This document shows positions 29,175-39,486 of a DNA stretch of 39,486 nt, in pieces; position 1 is the first letter of the stretch; each line of letters opens with the position of its first letter. The stretch is from Spirochaetales bacterium (GTDB taxonomy: Bacteria; Spirochaetota; Spirochaetia; UBA9216), in assembly GCA_031273605.1 (NCBI GenBank), contig JAISRN010000063.1, forward strand, positions 1 through 39,486, in the 5' to 3' direction. Below the pieces are notes generated by a model. It was not told the DNA's origin. It searched no databases and worked only from the letters and a program-made list of their open reading frames with translations. A program made the position numbers and the translations under genes.

Positions 29175-31115
29175 ATGAGTAAAATTCCCCAGCCCGGTTC
29201 CGAAAAACCGGACCCTAATCAATCCGGATCAAGGATGACTATTTTTCATCTCCTTATCGTCGGCTTTATTTTTACGTTTATCCTTAACTCTCTGGCGGGA
29301 GTCCTTTTTCCCGCCAGGAACCGCCAAATTTCTTACGATCAGTTTTTAAGTTTGACGGAAAAAGGCCTGGTTCGAGTAGTTAGGGTGAATGACGACCGGC
29401 TGGAACTGACTCTGCGGGAAGATGCGGCCCCGGCGGAGGTGGAGGGAATCCTCTCGCCCCAGGGCCTTCGATCTACGGGAGAACCGGAACAGCCTCAATC
29501 CGGAAACACAGGGAACACGGTGCTTTATACCGGCCGGCTGGAAGATCCCGGTCTTCCGGAGCGGCTTAAAGAGCAGGGAATTACCTTTTACCGGCCCTTA
29601 ACCAGGTCATCCCCCCTCATGGGTTTTTTTTCTTCCTGGATCCTCCCTATTGTTATCATGTACGTGTTGTTTCTTCTTTTTAGGAATATCGGCAAAAGGG
29701 CCGGCGGAGCGCTGGGGGGCATGATGAATGTCGGCAAATCCCGGGCCAAGGTTTATGACATGGAAAAAAACACGGGCATTACCTTTGCCGATGTCGCCGG
29801 GCAGGACGAGGCCAAAGAAACCCTTCAGGAAATGGCGGATTTTCTTCACAATCCGGAACGCTATCTTTCTATTGGCGCGAAACAGCCCAAGGGGGCGCTC
29901 CTGGTAGGCCCTCCCGGGACAGGAAAAACCCTGCTGGCCAAGGCTGTTGCCGGCGAAGCCAAGGTTCCCTTTTTTTCCCTTTCCGGTTCGGAATTTGTGG
30001 AAATGTTTGTGGGAGTCGGCGCCAGCCGGGTTCGGGACCTTTTTGAACAGGCGGCCAAGAATGCCCCCTGCATTGTTTTTATTGATGAAATAGACGCCAT
30101 CGGCAAAAGCCGGGATAACCAGATGGGGAGCAACGATGAAAGGGAGCAGACCTTAAACCAGCTTCTTTCGGAAATGGACGGGTTTGATTCGTCAAAGGGA
30201 ATTGTGATTCTCGCCGCAACCAACCGGCCGGAGATTTTAGACAAGGCCCTTTTAAGGCCCGGCCGTTTTGACCGGCGGGTAATCGTGGAGAGACCCGATC
30301 TTCCCGGAAGGCTGGCCATTTTACAGGTACACCTGGTCAAGGTTAAGGCTCAAGCGGATATCAATTTAAAAGAGATTGCCCTGGCCACCTCCGGCGCCAC
30401 CGGGGCGGATCTGGCGAACATGGTTAATGAAGCGGCCCTCCGGGCTGTCCGGATGAACCGGAGCCTGGTAAGCCAGGAGGATCTGATGGAAGCGGTGGAA
30501 CTGGTCATCGCCGGCAAGGAAAAAAAGGACCGGATCCTAAGCCCCAAGGAAAAACAAATGGTTGCCTTTCATGAGGTGGGACATGCCCTGGCCGCGGCTT
30601 TGCAAAAGGATGCCCAGCCGATACAGAAAATTACTATCGTACCCCGCACCATGGGTTCCCTGGGCTATACCATGAATATGCCCGAGGAGGAGCGTTACCT
30701 GATGACCCGGTCGGAAATGCTGTCCCAGATAACCACCCTGCTGGCGGGCATGGCGGCGGAAGAAACCGAATTCGGAGAAATAAGCACCGGAGCTTCCAAT
30801 GATATTGAGCGGGCCACGAAACTTGCCCGGAGCATGGTAACCCAGTACGGCATGAGCGAGGCCATAGGCCCCGTTGGTTTGGAGAGTCTCCAAAATCAGT
30901 ACCTGGACGGGCGATTTGTTTTTAAGGGCTCCGATCATTCCGCTTCCCTGGCGGACCAGGAGGTGCGGGAAATCATCGGAAGCTGCCATACCCACGCGTT
31001 AAACCTTTTAAAAAACAATAAGCCCAAACTCAAAGAAATTGCCGGGTTTCTTATTGATAAGGAGACCATCAACGGGGTTCAATTTATGACTCTCCTCAAA
31101 GGAGCGCCGGCATAA
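29175..31115 (+). CDS. ftsH: ATP-dependent zinc metalloprotease FtsH
   Basis: Two TM helices, Walker [27 protein letters not shown] zinc motif. Confidence 0.96.
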   Translation: MSKIPQPGSEKPDPNQSGSRMTIFHLLIVGFIFTFILNSLAGVLFPARNRQISYDQFLSLTEKGLVRVVRVNDDRLELTLREDAAPAEVEGILSPQGLRSTGEPEQPQSGNTGNTVLYTGRLEDPGLPERLKEQGITFYRPLTRSSPLMGFFSSWILPIVIMYVLFLLFRNIGKRAGGALGGMMNVGKSRAKVYDMEKNTGITFADVAGQDEAKETLQEMADFLHNPERYLSIGAKQPKGALLVGPPGTGKTLLAKAVAGEAKVPFFSLSGSEFVEMFVGVGASRVRDLFEQAAKNAPCIVFIDEIDAIGKSRDNQMGSNDEREQTLNQLLSEMDGFDSSKGIVILAATNRPEILDKALLRPGRFDRRVIVERPDLPGRLAILQVHLVKVKAQADINLKEIALATSGATGADLANMVNEAALRAVRMNRSLVSQEDLMEAVELVIAGKEKKDRILSPKEKQMVAFHEVGHALAAALQKDAQPIQKITIVPRTMGSLGYTMNMPEEERYLMTRSEMLSQITTLLAGMAAEETEFGEISTGASNDIERATKLARSMVTQYGMSEAIGPVGLESLQNQYLDGRFVFKGSDHSASLADQEVREIIGSCHTHALNLLKNNKPKLKEIAGFLIDKETINGVQFMTLLKGAPA

Positions 31116-31174
31116 ACATCGGGGTTGTTCATTCTTGATACATTCACTAGATTCTCCCATAGGTTCCGCCTTAT

Positions 31175-31993
31175 CTAAAAAAAACAGCGGACCCCGGCAA
31201 AAAAACCCGGATAGCGGCCTAGGGTTTCCCCGTTATCTTTGAGAGTCCAAAGGCGGAACCCTCCGTAAAAATTAAACCGGTTTAACTCCAGCCCCGCTTC
31301 TATTTCCAGCTCATTAACGTGGGAACTGTCAAAATCCTGAGTTCCCATCCTAAGGCGAAAGCTTAGGGGCGCCTTAGGATACGAAAGTACCTCAAACCCT
31401 AAAACGGCGCCCTCCATGGATAAGACCCCCTCCCATTTTAAATACTGAAGATACACTTTAAGGGTAAATGGATTGGATTGAATGATGTACAGAGCGCCGC
31501 CAATCCGGCTGCCCCGGAAATTATCCCGGCTGTCCCTTATGTAAAAGTATTCCATTTCGGGCCCCAGAATCTTTAGCAGGGGACCGGAGAGCCGCGCCCA
31601 GCCTCCAAAGCCCAGTCCTTCTAAAAAAATCCCCTCTGCGGATCCGGCAAGGGAAAAAAACTTAGCCCGCTGGGTCCGAAGGACTTCCCCTCCGTCAACA
31701 TCTTCGATAAAACCGGGGGGCAGAATAAAACCCCGGGGACTGTAGGGAAAGGGTCCGTAACTTATATGAAGATTGTAATAAAAAAGCACCCGAAATAAGG
31801 CAAACCAAAAATCCGCCGCTTCTTCGTTATGATCGGAGCGGCTTGAAGAAGAAGGCCGCCGGGGAGGGTTTTCGGTTTCTTCGGCGGCTTCAACTTTTTC
31901 TTTAAAATCGTTTAAGGCTGCCTGAACAGGGGTAAGCATAAAAAACGCGGCAAGAAAAAAAAGGAGATATTTTTTTAAAGCCGAATCCTCCAT
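31175..31993 (-). CDS. Secreted hypothetical protein, possible outer-membrane beta-barrel
   Basis: Signal peptide ending VQA, amphipathic strands rich in Gly and aromatics, terminal Phe. AAGGAGG RBS. Confidence 0.6.
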   Translation of the reverse strand: MEDSALKKYLLFFLAAFFMLTPVQAALNDFKEKVEAAEETENPPRRPSSSSRSDHNEEAADFWFALFRVLFYYNLHISYGPFPYSPRGFILPPGFIEDVDGGEVLRTQRAKFFSLAGSAEGIFLEGLGFGGWARLSGPLLKILGPEMEYFYIRDSRDNFRGSRIGGALYIIQSNPFTLKVYLQYLKWEGVLSMEGAVLGFEVLSYPKAPLSFRLRMGTQDFDSSHVNELEIEAGLELNRFNFYGGFRLWTLKDNGETLGRYPGFFAGVRCFF

Positions 31994-32120
31994 GGGCAGC
32001 CTCCTTTTCTCCGTTAAAACATACCCCTTCCGGCTGTAAATTTCAACACAGCTTTAAACCGGCCTGCTTAAATTTTCCCTTGCCATCACAACGTCCTGCC
32101 ATTATGATATAGCAGGCATT

Positions 32121-32159
32121 TGAGCCGGTTCCAAAGTCTAACATTTGGGAACGGCCTCA
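32121..32159. repeat. REP-like hairpin in 5' leader
   Basis: TGAGCCGGTTCCAAA...TTTGGGAACGGCCTCA aligns with 5242-5280. Lies downstream of a TTGCCA-N17-TATGAT promoter (32080-32108). Confidence 0.6.
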
Positions 32160-32178
32160 TTTTACAGGGAGTTAACAG

Positions 32179-33552
32179 GTGAATCCCAAAAAACCCAGGA
32201 TAGGAAAAACGATAGCCGCCGTTCTAGGCATCGGAATAATCTTAGTTTCCGCATTTCTTTTTTTTAAACCCTCCCTCCCCGGACCGGAGGCGCCCCGAAT
32301 TGCCGTAATCACCGATACCCACTACCTGGCCTCCTCCCTGTACGACGACGGACCCCTTTTTCGGCAAATGTATGAGGAGGGGGATGGAAAAAACATGGAG
32401 TTTCTCCCGGCTCTTTTTGATGCCTTTGTCTACAATCTGAAAAATGCCCCGCCGGATATCCTGATTCTCACCGGGGATCTGACTTTTAATGGGGAACTGG
32501 ACAGCCACCGGGAGTTGGCCGGCCGACTTAAAACCATGGAGGACCTGGGGATCAAGGTTTATGTGATTCCCGGCAACCATGACATCCAAAACCCCTTTGC
32601 CCGGCGCTTTTCTCAAAACCGGGCTTACTCGACCCCCCAGGTTTCCCCGGAAGATTTTGCCCGGATCTACCGGGGCTTTGGTTACGCCGAGGCCATCTCC
32701 CGGGATGCCGGCAGCCTGAGTTACGTTGTTCAGCCCTTTGCGGGGCTGCGCCTTTTTATGCTGGACAGCAACATTTATCAGTATAACAATGCCCTGGGTA
32801 TGCCGGTTAGCGAGGGAGAAATTAAAGCCGCCTCCCGGGCCTGGCTTAAAACCGAGGCCGAAGCCGCCAAAAAAGCGGGCTGCCGCCTTATCGCCGCCAT
32901 GCACCACAGCCTTACGGAACACAATGCCGTGGCCCGCCAAAGCTGGACCGTGGCTGATTCCCCGGCTATTGCGGAATTGTTTGCTTCCCTGGGGATTAAT
33001 TTGGTACTCACAGGACACATTCATGTCCAGTCTATTGCCCAGGCGCCCACCCCGGCAGGACCGGTTTGGGATATTGCCACTTCGGCCTTTTCGGTTTTTC
33101 CCCATGAATACGGCCTTTTGGAATGGCTTCCCGAAAGCGCCGGGTGGAAATACTCCCTTTTGCCGGTAGAAGTAGAGGGCTATGCAAAAAGCCAAGAAAA
33201 GGGGGCAGATTCTTTTGACGAAAGGCTGCTGACCTTTTCGGCTTATGGGGAGGCTTTTTTCAGAGGGTCATCGGAAAGGATGATCCGCCGCCGCCTGGCG
33301 GAACTTGAAGAACCCTTAACCGAGGCTGAAAGCGCCCTCCTGATAGACCTGGTGGGTACCCTAAACGCCAATTTTTTTGCCGGCCGTTCCGGTGAAAATC
33401 CCCAGGAACTTTTGAACTCTCCGGGGTTTGAAATTCTATCCCGTCGGCTGCCGGGCTTCCTGGATCATTACATCCAATCCATCCGGGGGGGAGAAACAAG
33501 TCATCAAGACCGGGAAGCCCTGATTCCGGATTCAGGAAACCCTAGGGATTAA
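32179..33552 (+). CDS. Membrane-anchored or secreted calcineurin-like metallophosphoesterase
   Basis: TDTH, TGDLT, PGNHD, MHH, TGHIH motifs and an N-terminal TM. Confidence 0.9.
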   Translation: MNPKKPRIGKTIAAVLGIGIILVSAFLFFKPSLPGPEAPRIAVITDTHYLASSLYDDGPLFRQMYEEGDGKNMEFLPALFDAFVYNLKNAPPDILILTGDLTFNGELDSHRELAGRLKTMEDLGIKVYVIPGNHDIQNPFARRFSQNRAYSTPQVSPEDFARIYRGFGYAEAISRDAGSLSYVVQPFAGLRLFMLDSNIYQYNNALGMPVSEGEIKAASRAWLKTEAEAAKKAGCRLIAAMHHSLTEHNAVARQSWTVADSPAIAELFASLGINLVLTGHIHVQSIAQAPTPAGPVWDIATSAFSVFPHEYGLLEWLPESAGWKYSLLPVEVEGYAKSQEKGADSFDERLLTFSAYGEAFFRGSSERMIRRRLAELEEPLTEAESALLIDLVGTLNANFFAGRSGENPQELLNSPGFEILSRRLPGFLDHYIQSIRGGETSHQDREALIPDSGNPRD

Positions 33553-34561
33553 GCTTCTTGAGTTTTTCCACCGCTATATCAATGTCCCGGGAGCTGACGG
33601 CCAGGCTCGTTACCATGCGGATACTATGGCCGCCCATGGCAATGCAAAGGACCCCCTGTTTTTTCAAAGCCGCCGCAATGTCCTGGGCGTTGTGGGCCGG
33701 GGTTCTAAAATAAACAATGTTGGTTTCCACCGTATCCAAGTCCACAAAAGCCCAGGGCAGTTCCGCCAGGCAGCGGGCCAGGGTTTGGGCGTTCCGGTGA
33801 TCCTCCGCCAAACGCTCAATGTTATTGTCCAGGGCGTAAAGGCCCGCCGCCGCGATGATTCCCGCCTGACGCATTCCGCCCCCCAGGAGCTTTCGTATTC
33901 TCCGGGCCTCATCGATAAAAGCCGCTTCTCCGCAGAGAAGGCTGCCCACCGGAGCGCCCAGCCCTTTGGACAAGCAAAAGCCCACCGTGTCCGCATAGGA
34001 GGCGATTTTTTTGACCGGCATATCCACCGCCAGGGCGGCGTTAAAAATGCGGGCCCCGTCCATGTGAACGGCAAATTTATTTTTAGCGGCAAATTCCGAC
34101 AGGGCTTTAAGATGCTTCTGCCGGTAACAGGTTCCCCCTTCTTTATTATGACTATTTTCAATTTCAATCATCTTAATGCGGGGAGAATCATAACTTTTGG
34201 CCCGAAGGTGGGATTGGAGGTCCATAGGGCTTAAAATTCCTTTTTCCCCTTCTACCGGAACCACCGTAACCCCGGCAATGGTAGCGGCGGAGTTAATTTC
34301 GTTATGCACAATGTGGCTGTTTTTTTGAGCCAAAACCTCGTTCCCCCGGCCGCAGTTTAAAAAAAGGGCAATAAGATTAGACATGGATCCGGAGGGCAAA
34401 AAGATGGCTTCTTTTTTGCCCATAAGGGCGGCGCCCTTTTCCTGAAGTTTATTTACTGTGGGGTCCTCGCCGTAAACATCGTCTCCCACCTCCGCTTTGG
34501 CCATGGCGCTGCGCATCTCACCGGTGGGGCAGGTTATGGTGTCGCTTCGTAAGTCTATCAT
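33542..34561 (-). CDS. ltaE: Low-specificity L-threonine aldolase
   Basis: IDLRSDT, GDDVYGEDP, HMDGARIFNA, CLSKGLGAPVG, GGGMRQAG. Confidence 0.93.
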   Translation of the reverse strand: MIDLRSDTITCPTGEMRSAMAKAEVGDDVYGEDPTVNKLQEKGAALMGKKEAIFLPSGSMSNLIALFLNCGRGNEVLAQKNSHIVHNEINSAATIAGVTVVPVEGEKGILSPMDLQSHLRAKSYDSPRIKMIEIENSHNKEGGTCYRQKHLKALSEFAAKNKFAVHMDGARIFNAALAVDMPVKKIASYADTVGFCLSKGLGAPVGSLLCGEAAFIDEARRIRKLLGGGMRQAGIIAAAGLYALDNNIERLAEDHRNAQTLARCLAELPWAFVDLDTVETNIVYFRTPAHNAQDIAAALKKQGVLCIAMGGHSIRMVTSLAVSSRDIDIAVEKLKKLNP

Positions 34562-34602
34562 GTATTTCCTCCTTAAAAGGTTATTTCAAAATGACAACCC
34601 GT

Positions 34603-35913
34603 TTAAGCGTAAAGCCCGTTTAAGATCGAAAAAAAACCGGGGAAGGTGATCCCGGCCGCCTCGGCGCCGCTGATAGAGGAAGGGGTTTCCGCCCCCAAGG
34701 CCGCCGCCGCCAGGGCCATTACCACCCGGTGATCCCCCCGCCCGTCAAAGGCGGCCCCCCGGAGGCCCTTCCCGCCGGCCCCCCGGATAACCAGGCCGTC
34801 GGGAGTTTCACTAATCGCCGCCCCCATTTTGGATAATTCCGCCGCCATCACCGCAATCCTGTCGGTTTCCTTTAGCCGGGCCTGGGGAACATTTACTATC
34901 CGGCTTTCCCCCTGGGCGTAGCAGGCGGCGGCGGCCAGGGCGGGCAGGGCGTCAGGACAGTCGTTAAGGTCCATAACCGCCCCCCCTAGGGGTTCGCCGG
35001 GGGATCGAAAAACCCGGACCGCCTTTTCTTCGTCCTGAATCTCAATCCGGCAGCCCATAACGCCAAGGTGATCCAACACCGCCTTGTCCGCCTGGGAGTC
35101 CCGGGTATCCAGGCCAAAAACGGTAATATCCCCCAGGCTGACCGCGGCGGCGCAAAAGAAAAAGGCCGCGGAAGAAAAATCTCCCGGAAGGGAGCGGACG
35201 AAAGGCCAGTAAAGCTGGCCGCCGGGAATCCGGAATTCCCTATAGCCGTCCCGTTCATACCGAATTTCCTGCTTCGCCAGGTAGGATAGGGTCATTTCCA
35301 CGTAGGGCCGCTCGTTAAGAAGATCAACCTTTATGACGGTTTCGCCGGGGGCGGGAATCAAGGGCGCCGCCAGGAGCAGGGCCGAGAGATACTGACTGGT
35401 GGGACATTCAATGGCGGTTTCCCCCCCCCTAAGAGGCCCCCGAACTGTAAAGGGAGCGCAGCCCCCGTTTTGCCGGATTACCTCCGCCCCCAGGTCTTCC
35501 AGGCTTTTCAACAGGGGTTCCGCAGACCTGGTCCTAATCTGGGCGTCCCCGGTAAAGGTTATCCGCCCTTCCTGCAGGGCCGCCAGGGCCAGGGCCAGGT
35601 ACAAGGTGGTGCCGGAGTTGCCCACATCGATGGTTTGTTCCGGCGGTTTTTCGAAGTTATCAAGGGGGTCAACTTCCCATATCTCTCCCCCCTTCAGATC
35701 GGTAAGCCGGATTACGTCGGCCCCCAAAACCCGGCATGCGGAAAGACAGGAAAGGGTGTCGCCGGATAACAGGGGATTTAAAAGCCGACTTTTACCCTCG
35801 GCCAGCGAAGCCACCAGAAGGGCCCGGATGGTATGCGATTTAGAAGCCGGAACCCTTAAGCTCCCTTGGAGCCTCCCCGGTTTTACGATTTGAACCATAA
35901 ACAAGGGTATCAT
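34603..35913 (-). CDS. aroA: EPSP synthase
   Basis: PASKSHTIR, GNSGTT, SQYLSALL, DFSSA, RLKETDR, DHRVVMA. The start may be the second Met. Confidence 0.95.
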   Translation of the reverse strand: MIPLFMVQIVKPGRLQGSLRVPASKSHTIRALLVASLAEGKSRLLNPLLSGDTLSCLSACRVLGADVIRLTDLKGGEIWEVDPLDNFEKPPEQTIDVGNSGTTLYLALALAALQEGRITFTGDAQIRTRSAEPLLKSLEDLGAEVIRQNGGCAPFTVRGPLRGGETAIECPTSQYLSALLLAAPLIPAPGETVIKVDLLNERPYVEMTLSYLAKQEIRYERDGYREFRIPGGQLYWPFVRSLPGDFSSAAFFFCAAAVSLGDITVFGLDTRDSQADKAVLDHLGVMGCRIEIQDEEKAVRVFRSPGEPLGGAVMDLNDCPDALPALAAAACYAQGESRIVNVPQARLKETDRIAVMAAELSKMGAAISETPDGLVIRGAGGKGLRGAAFDGRGDHRVVMALAAAALGAETPSSISGAEAAGITFPGFFSILNGLYA

Positions 35914-35991
35914 TTTTTTTATAAAACCGCCATACCTTTTTTTGTATTTTGGCAGGTTGATTTTGGCAAGTTACAGTTAAATAGAAACTAA

Positions 35992-36930
35992 TTAGTTTTT
36001 TTCGGACAGGCTTTCTTCAGACAGGCCGTACTGCTCTTGGGCTTCGGTGTTGCCCTCAGGTTCCACATGAACGATGATGTCGTAAATATTTTCCACCGAG
36101 TCTTTTATGGCCCTTTCAATCTGAACCGCAATCCGGTGGCCCTGGTAAACCGTAAGGCCGGGATCCACTTCAATATCCATATCCACCACATACAACTGAT
36201 TTAAACGCCTGGCCCGGACCCGGTGGGGCTTGGCGGCGCCGGGAACAGTCCGGACCGCCTCAAAAATCCGGCGGTAAATGTCCTCTCCCTTGATTCCGTC
36301 CATCAGTTCCCTGTCGGATTCCCTAAAAATTACCAGGGCGGTATACATAATCCAAGCGGAAACAAGAAGGGCCATGATCGTATCAATAATAAAAATTTGA
36401 AAAACCCTGGTCAAAAAAAGGCCGGCCAAAACGCTGGCGGAAAGAACCACATCGGAAAGCATATTTTTGGCATCCGCCAAAACCATAGAGCTTTGTATCC
36501 GCCGGCCTATCCGGGCCTTATAGCTGAAGAGGAAGATCTTCCCCCCCAGGGAAAAAAGGGATGCCCCTAGGGCGATAACCCCGGGAATTTCTTTTTCCGG
36601 GCGGTTAATGAGGTCCGAAAAGGAAGTGAGGGCTAACTGGGCCCCGGCAAAAAAAATGATAAAGGCAAGTCCCTTGGTGGCCAGGGTTTCGGCCCGGCCA
36701 TGGCCGTAGGGATGTTCCCGATCCGGGGGCATGGCGGCAATCTTGGCGGCGTAAAGAGTAATGGCGGAACTAAGAATATCGCTTGAGGTATCCAGCCCTG
36801 CCCCCACCAGGGCAAGGCTTCCGGCGGCGGCCCCAATGGCAACAGAAATAAAGGCCAGGAGGGCATTTCCAACAATGCCCACCCAGGAGGCCTTTTCGAT
36901 TTGACGCTGCCTATCCGGTAGCACGGGCAT
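35992..36930 (-). CDS. Cation diffusion facilitator (FieF-like) transporter
   Basis: PPDREHPYGHGRAE, DAKNMLSD, C-terminal IVHVEP, about six TM helices. Confidence 0.92.
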   Translation of the reverse strand: MPVLPDRQRQIEKASWVGIVGNALLAFISVAIGAAAGSLALVGAGLDTSSDILSSAITLYAAKIAAMPPDREHPYGHGRAETLATKGLAFIIFFAGAQLALTSFSDLINRPEKEIPGVIALGASLFSLGGKIFLFSYKARIGRRIQSSMVLADAKNMLSDVVLSASVLAGLFLTRVFQIFIIDTIMALLVSAWIMYTALVIFRESDRELMDGIKGEDIYRRIFEAVRTVPGAAKPHRVRARRLNQLYVVDMDIEVDPGLTVYQGHRIAVQIERAIKDSVENIYDIIVHVEPEGNTEAQEQYGLSEESLSEKN

Positions 36931-37018
36931 AAAAACCTGTCAACCGGGTTTTAAACATCAGGCAGACGCCTTTAACATTATTTTTTATCATAAGAAACTT
37001 TAGCGCTTTATGCCCCGG

Positions 37019-37186
37019 TTATTTAGCGGAAATAGCGTCGTTGGGACAAACCGAAGCACAGCTTCCGCAGTCAATACATTTATCAGGATCGATGGAGTAA
37101 ATGTCTCCCTCAGCAATGGCCTCTACCGGGCACTCGCTGATGCAGCTTCCACAGGCAATACACTCCGCACTGATAACATAAGCCAT
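37019..37186 (-). CDS. 2[4Fe-4S] clostridial-type ferredoxin (55 aa, not in the ORF track)
   Basis: Translated by hand: MAYVISAECIACGSCISECPVEAIAEGDIYSIDPDKCIDCGSCASVCPNDAISAK. Two CxxCxxCxxxCP motifs and an AGGAGG RBS. Confidence 0.96.
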   Translation of the reverse strand: MAYVISAECIACGSCISECPVEAIAEGDIYSIDPDKCIDCGSCASVCPNDAISAK

Positions 37187-37337
37187 AAAATCCTCCTAGC
37201 TGCCTGCTTATTGCAGGCTTGTAATAAATTATGGTAACTCTATAGGACAACCTAAAAAACGTCCATGACCTTTAGAAGGTTAAAATTTACTTAACCCGCC
37301 TTAACCAAGAGTTATCCCTGCCGCTGCGCCGGAGGCT

Positions 37338-38057
37338 TTAGGCCCCTTCCGGGGAAGGTTCAACCGTGTCTAAGGCCAGTTCTATCATGGCGTCGAAGGT
37401 TTTTTGCCGCTCTTCGGCGGTGGTTTCCTGTTTAGTTACCAGGCTGTCGGAAACCGTGAGAATCATCAACGCCCGGCGTTTAAACTTTGCCGCCAGGGTA
37501 TACAAGGCGGAACCTTCCATCTCCACAGCCAGGACCCCGTAGTCCATCCACGTTTGGGTTGCCCCGGCATCATCATTATAAAAGATATCGCTGGAAATAA
37601 CGTTGCCCACGGTTGTGGGAAGCCGGCGCTCCTTTGCCAGTTGATAGGCCCGCTGGAGCAGCCCAAAGTCCGCTATGGGCGCGTAGGTCCGGTGGTGAAA
37701 AATAAAATTGTTGATCTGCGAATCGGTACAGGCGGCCTGAGCCAGGATAATGTCCCTAAGTTTGAGTTCCGGCTGCATGGATCCGCAGGTTCCCACCCGA
37801 ATTAAGTTTTGAACGTTGTAAAATTTCATCAGTTCCGTAGCATAAATAGAAATACTGGGCTGCCCCATGCCGTGGCCCATTACCGAAACCCGCCGGCCCT
37901 TGTAGGTTCCGGTAAACCCAAGCATTCCCCGAATTTCGTTGAAACAGACCGGATTGGTAAAGAATGTTTCGGCAATGTGTTTGGCCCGGAGGGGATCCCC
38001 GGGAAGCAGAATTGAGGGCGCAATGGCGCCCTCCTTGGCTCCGATATGCAAACTCAT
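37338..38057 (-). CDS. deoD: Purine nucleoside phosphorylase (hexameric DeoD type)
   Basis: [40 protein letters not shown]. Confidence 0.96.
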   Translation of the reverse strand: MSLHIGAKEGAIAPSILLPGDPLRAKHIAETFFTNPVCFNEIRGMLGFTGTYKGRRVSVMGHGMGQPSISIYATELMKFYNVQNLIRVGTCGSMQPELKLRDIILAQAACTDSQINNFIFHHRTYAPIADFGLLQRAYQLAKERRLPTTVGNVISSDIFYNDDAGATQTWMDYGVLAVEMEGSALYTLAAKFKRRALMILTVSDSLVTKQETTAEERQKTFDAMIELALDTVEPSPEGA

Positions 38058-38153
38058 GGCTGTCTCCTTAACCAGGGCCTTATAGGACAGCCCTGCCTTT
38101 TATTAGGATAACACAGATAACGGAAAAAACCAAGCCTCCCCCAACAATCGGAC

Positions 38154-38177
38154 ACCACCAGCCGGACCACCAGCCGG
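38154..38177. repeat. 12-bp tandem duplication
   Basis: ACCACCAGCCGG x2 in the deoD/DMT intergenic region. Confidence 0.7.
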
Positions 38178-38257
38178 ACTCATTGACAAAGGAAAACAAA
38201 CCACCGAAAATAACTGCCGGGGTTCATCAAAACAGCCTAAAAGCCGGACCGGAAAAA

Positions 38258-39160
38258 ATGCCTTTGCGCCTACCCACAAAAAGCCCCTCCCCCTTAATGG
38301 CAGGACACCTGACGGCCTTTGGCTGCGCCCTCATCTGGGGAACAACCTTTGTTTCCACCAAATTCTTGTTAGAGAATTTTTCTCCCCTGGAGGTCCTTTT
38401 TTTTAGAAACCTCATCGCCTACCTCGTTATGGCCGCCCTGTGCCCCCGCAGGCTTGTGGTTCAAAACAAAAAGCAGGAGCTTCTCTTTATCCTTGCGGGG
38501 ATTTCCGGAATCACCCTGTACTACCTTTTCGAAAATGTGGCCCTCGCCTATTCCACGGCCTCCAACGTCGGGGTTATCGTGGCGGCGGCCCCCTTTTTTT
38601 CGGTACTCTTGACCTCCTGGGCCTGCAAGGAAGAAAAACCCGGCGTCCCTTTCTTTTTAGGTTTTTTAATTGCCATGACGGGAATCTTTTTAATCAGCTT
38701 TAACGGTTTTAGCGTCCTTAAACTCAATCCCCTGGGGGATCTGCTGGCCTTTCTGGCCGCCCTTATTTGGGGGGTTTACTCCCTGGCGGTTAAGAAACTC
38801 AATGCCGGAGGTTATCCCATTATCCCGTTAACAAGGCGGATCTTTTTTTACGGCCTTCTTTTTATGATTCCCCCCCTGTTTCTCATGGACTTTAGGCCCC
38901 TTCCCCCGGAATTTAGGGAACCCGCCAACCTGTTTAATATCCTGTTTTTGGGTTTGGGAGCTTCCGCCGCCGCCTTTATCCTGTGGAATAAGGCCATACA
39001 AATCCTGGGAGTCGGCCGGTCCAGCGTTTATATTTATTTGATTCCGGTTGTCTCCATTATTTTTTCTGTGATTTTTTTAAAAGAAAGGATCACCGCCCTG
39101 GCGGTTCTGGGCGCCCTGCTGGTCCTGCTGGGGCTGTTTATTTCCCAGGGACGCCGCTAA
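38258..39160 (+). CDS. DMT (EamA) family transporter
   Basis: IWGTTFVSTK, two EamA repeats, about ten TM helices. Start uncertain (38258 or 38297). Confidence 0.9.
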   Translation: MPLRLPTKSPSPLMAGHLTAFGCALIWGTTFVSTKFLLENFSPLEVLFFRNLIAYLVMAALCPRRLVVQNKKQELLFILAGISGITLYYLFENVALAYSTASNVGVIVAAAPFFSVLLTSWACKEEKPGVPFFLGFLIAMTGIFLISFNGFSVLKLNPLGDLLAFLAALIWGVYSLAVKKLNAGGYPIIPLTRRIFFYGLLFMIPPLFLMDFRPLPPEFREPANLFNILFLGLGASAAAFILWNKAIQILGVGRSSVYIYLIPVVSIIFSVIFLKERITALAVLGALLVLLGLFISQGRR

Positions 39161-39250
39161 CCGCGGCCTTTGTCCAACTTTTCCGGAAAAGGCTGCCGCT
39201 TTAAAAAAAGCAAACCAGGCTTTAGACGGGGGCGCGCCGGGGGGAAGGGT

Positions 39251-39486
39251 CTATCCCGCCAACAACCATTCCAGCACGTTTAGCTGCTTTATGCCGTTAT
39301 GGGAGGCCTTGGGCAGATAGTCCATGGTCAAAAGGAACTTAGGATTGTGGTCGCGGATCGCGTTAAGCGGGGCAAGTTCCCTTTTCAAGGTCCCTAAATT
39401 TGACAAAGTGGTTTTTGCCGCCTGGTAATATTCGGTTTCGCCATTACGGGCAGCCACAAAGTCAATCTCCTTTTCTTTATCCTGAG
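39251..39486 (-). CDS. 3' end of an AAA+ ATPase / DUF4143-type protein (partial)
   Basis: Frame is open to the window edge: EKEIDFVA...YYQ...RELAPL..IRDHNPKFLLTMD. Confidence 0.7.
   Translation of the reverse strand, partial: QDKEKEIDFVAARNGETEYYQAAKTTLSNLGTLKRELAPLNAIRDHNPKFLLTMDYLPKASHNGIKQLNVLEWLLAG

Noticed and set aside
36059-36074. parS-like GGTTCCACATGAACGA
   Set aside because: Several mismatches, and explained by the conserved VHVEP codons of the CDF transporter.
37010-37237. 75-aa plus-strand ORF
   Set aside because: Antisense to the clear ferredoxin gene.
38154-38177. Tandem repeat as CRISPR or contingency locus
   Set aside because: Only two adjacent 12-bp units, with no spacers and no cas genes.

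Overview
Mostly housekeeping chromosomal DNA, probably from a Treponema-like spirochaete. This is inferred from the multi-TM MCP, rsmI-flgM with a sigma-28 promoter, spirochaete-style lipoproteins and the hairpin repeats. Recognisable genes are gyrB-gyrA plus a YjjG-like HAD, pcm, rsmI, flgM, leuB, a YitJ-type HMT-MTHFR fusion, hisA, plsC, thrH, nadE, ftsH, ltaE, aroA, a CDF transporter, deoD and a DMT transporter. A 55-aa 2[4Fe-4S] ferredoxin is present but absent from the ORF track. A perfect parS site lies at 6-21. An AT-richer accessory block at about 7.4-12.5 kb holds a lipoprotein, an XRE regulator, an HxxxDG acyltransferase with a membrane partner, a secreted protein and a TauE/SafE transporter. 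The best leads are: (1) a secreted protein with a DAVTGAS flavinylation-type motif behind a ~275-nt leader with mutually exclusive helices; (2) an isoaspartyl methyltransferase with an apparent export or anchor signal; (3) several apparently leaderless genes; (4) two orphan IS-end-like repeats; (5) a REP-like hairpin family inside 5' leaders. No CRISPR array, tRNA, rRNA or intact transposase was recognised. All calls were made by eye, without database searches.
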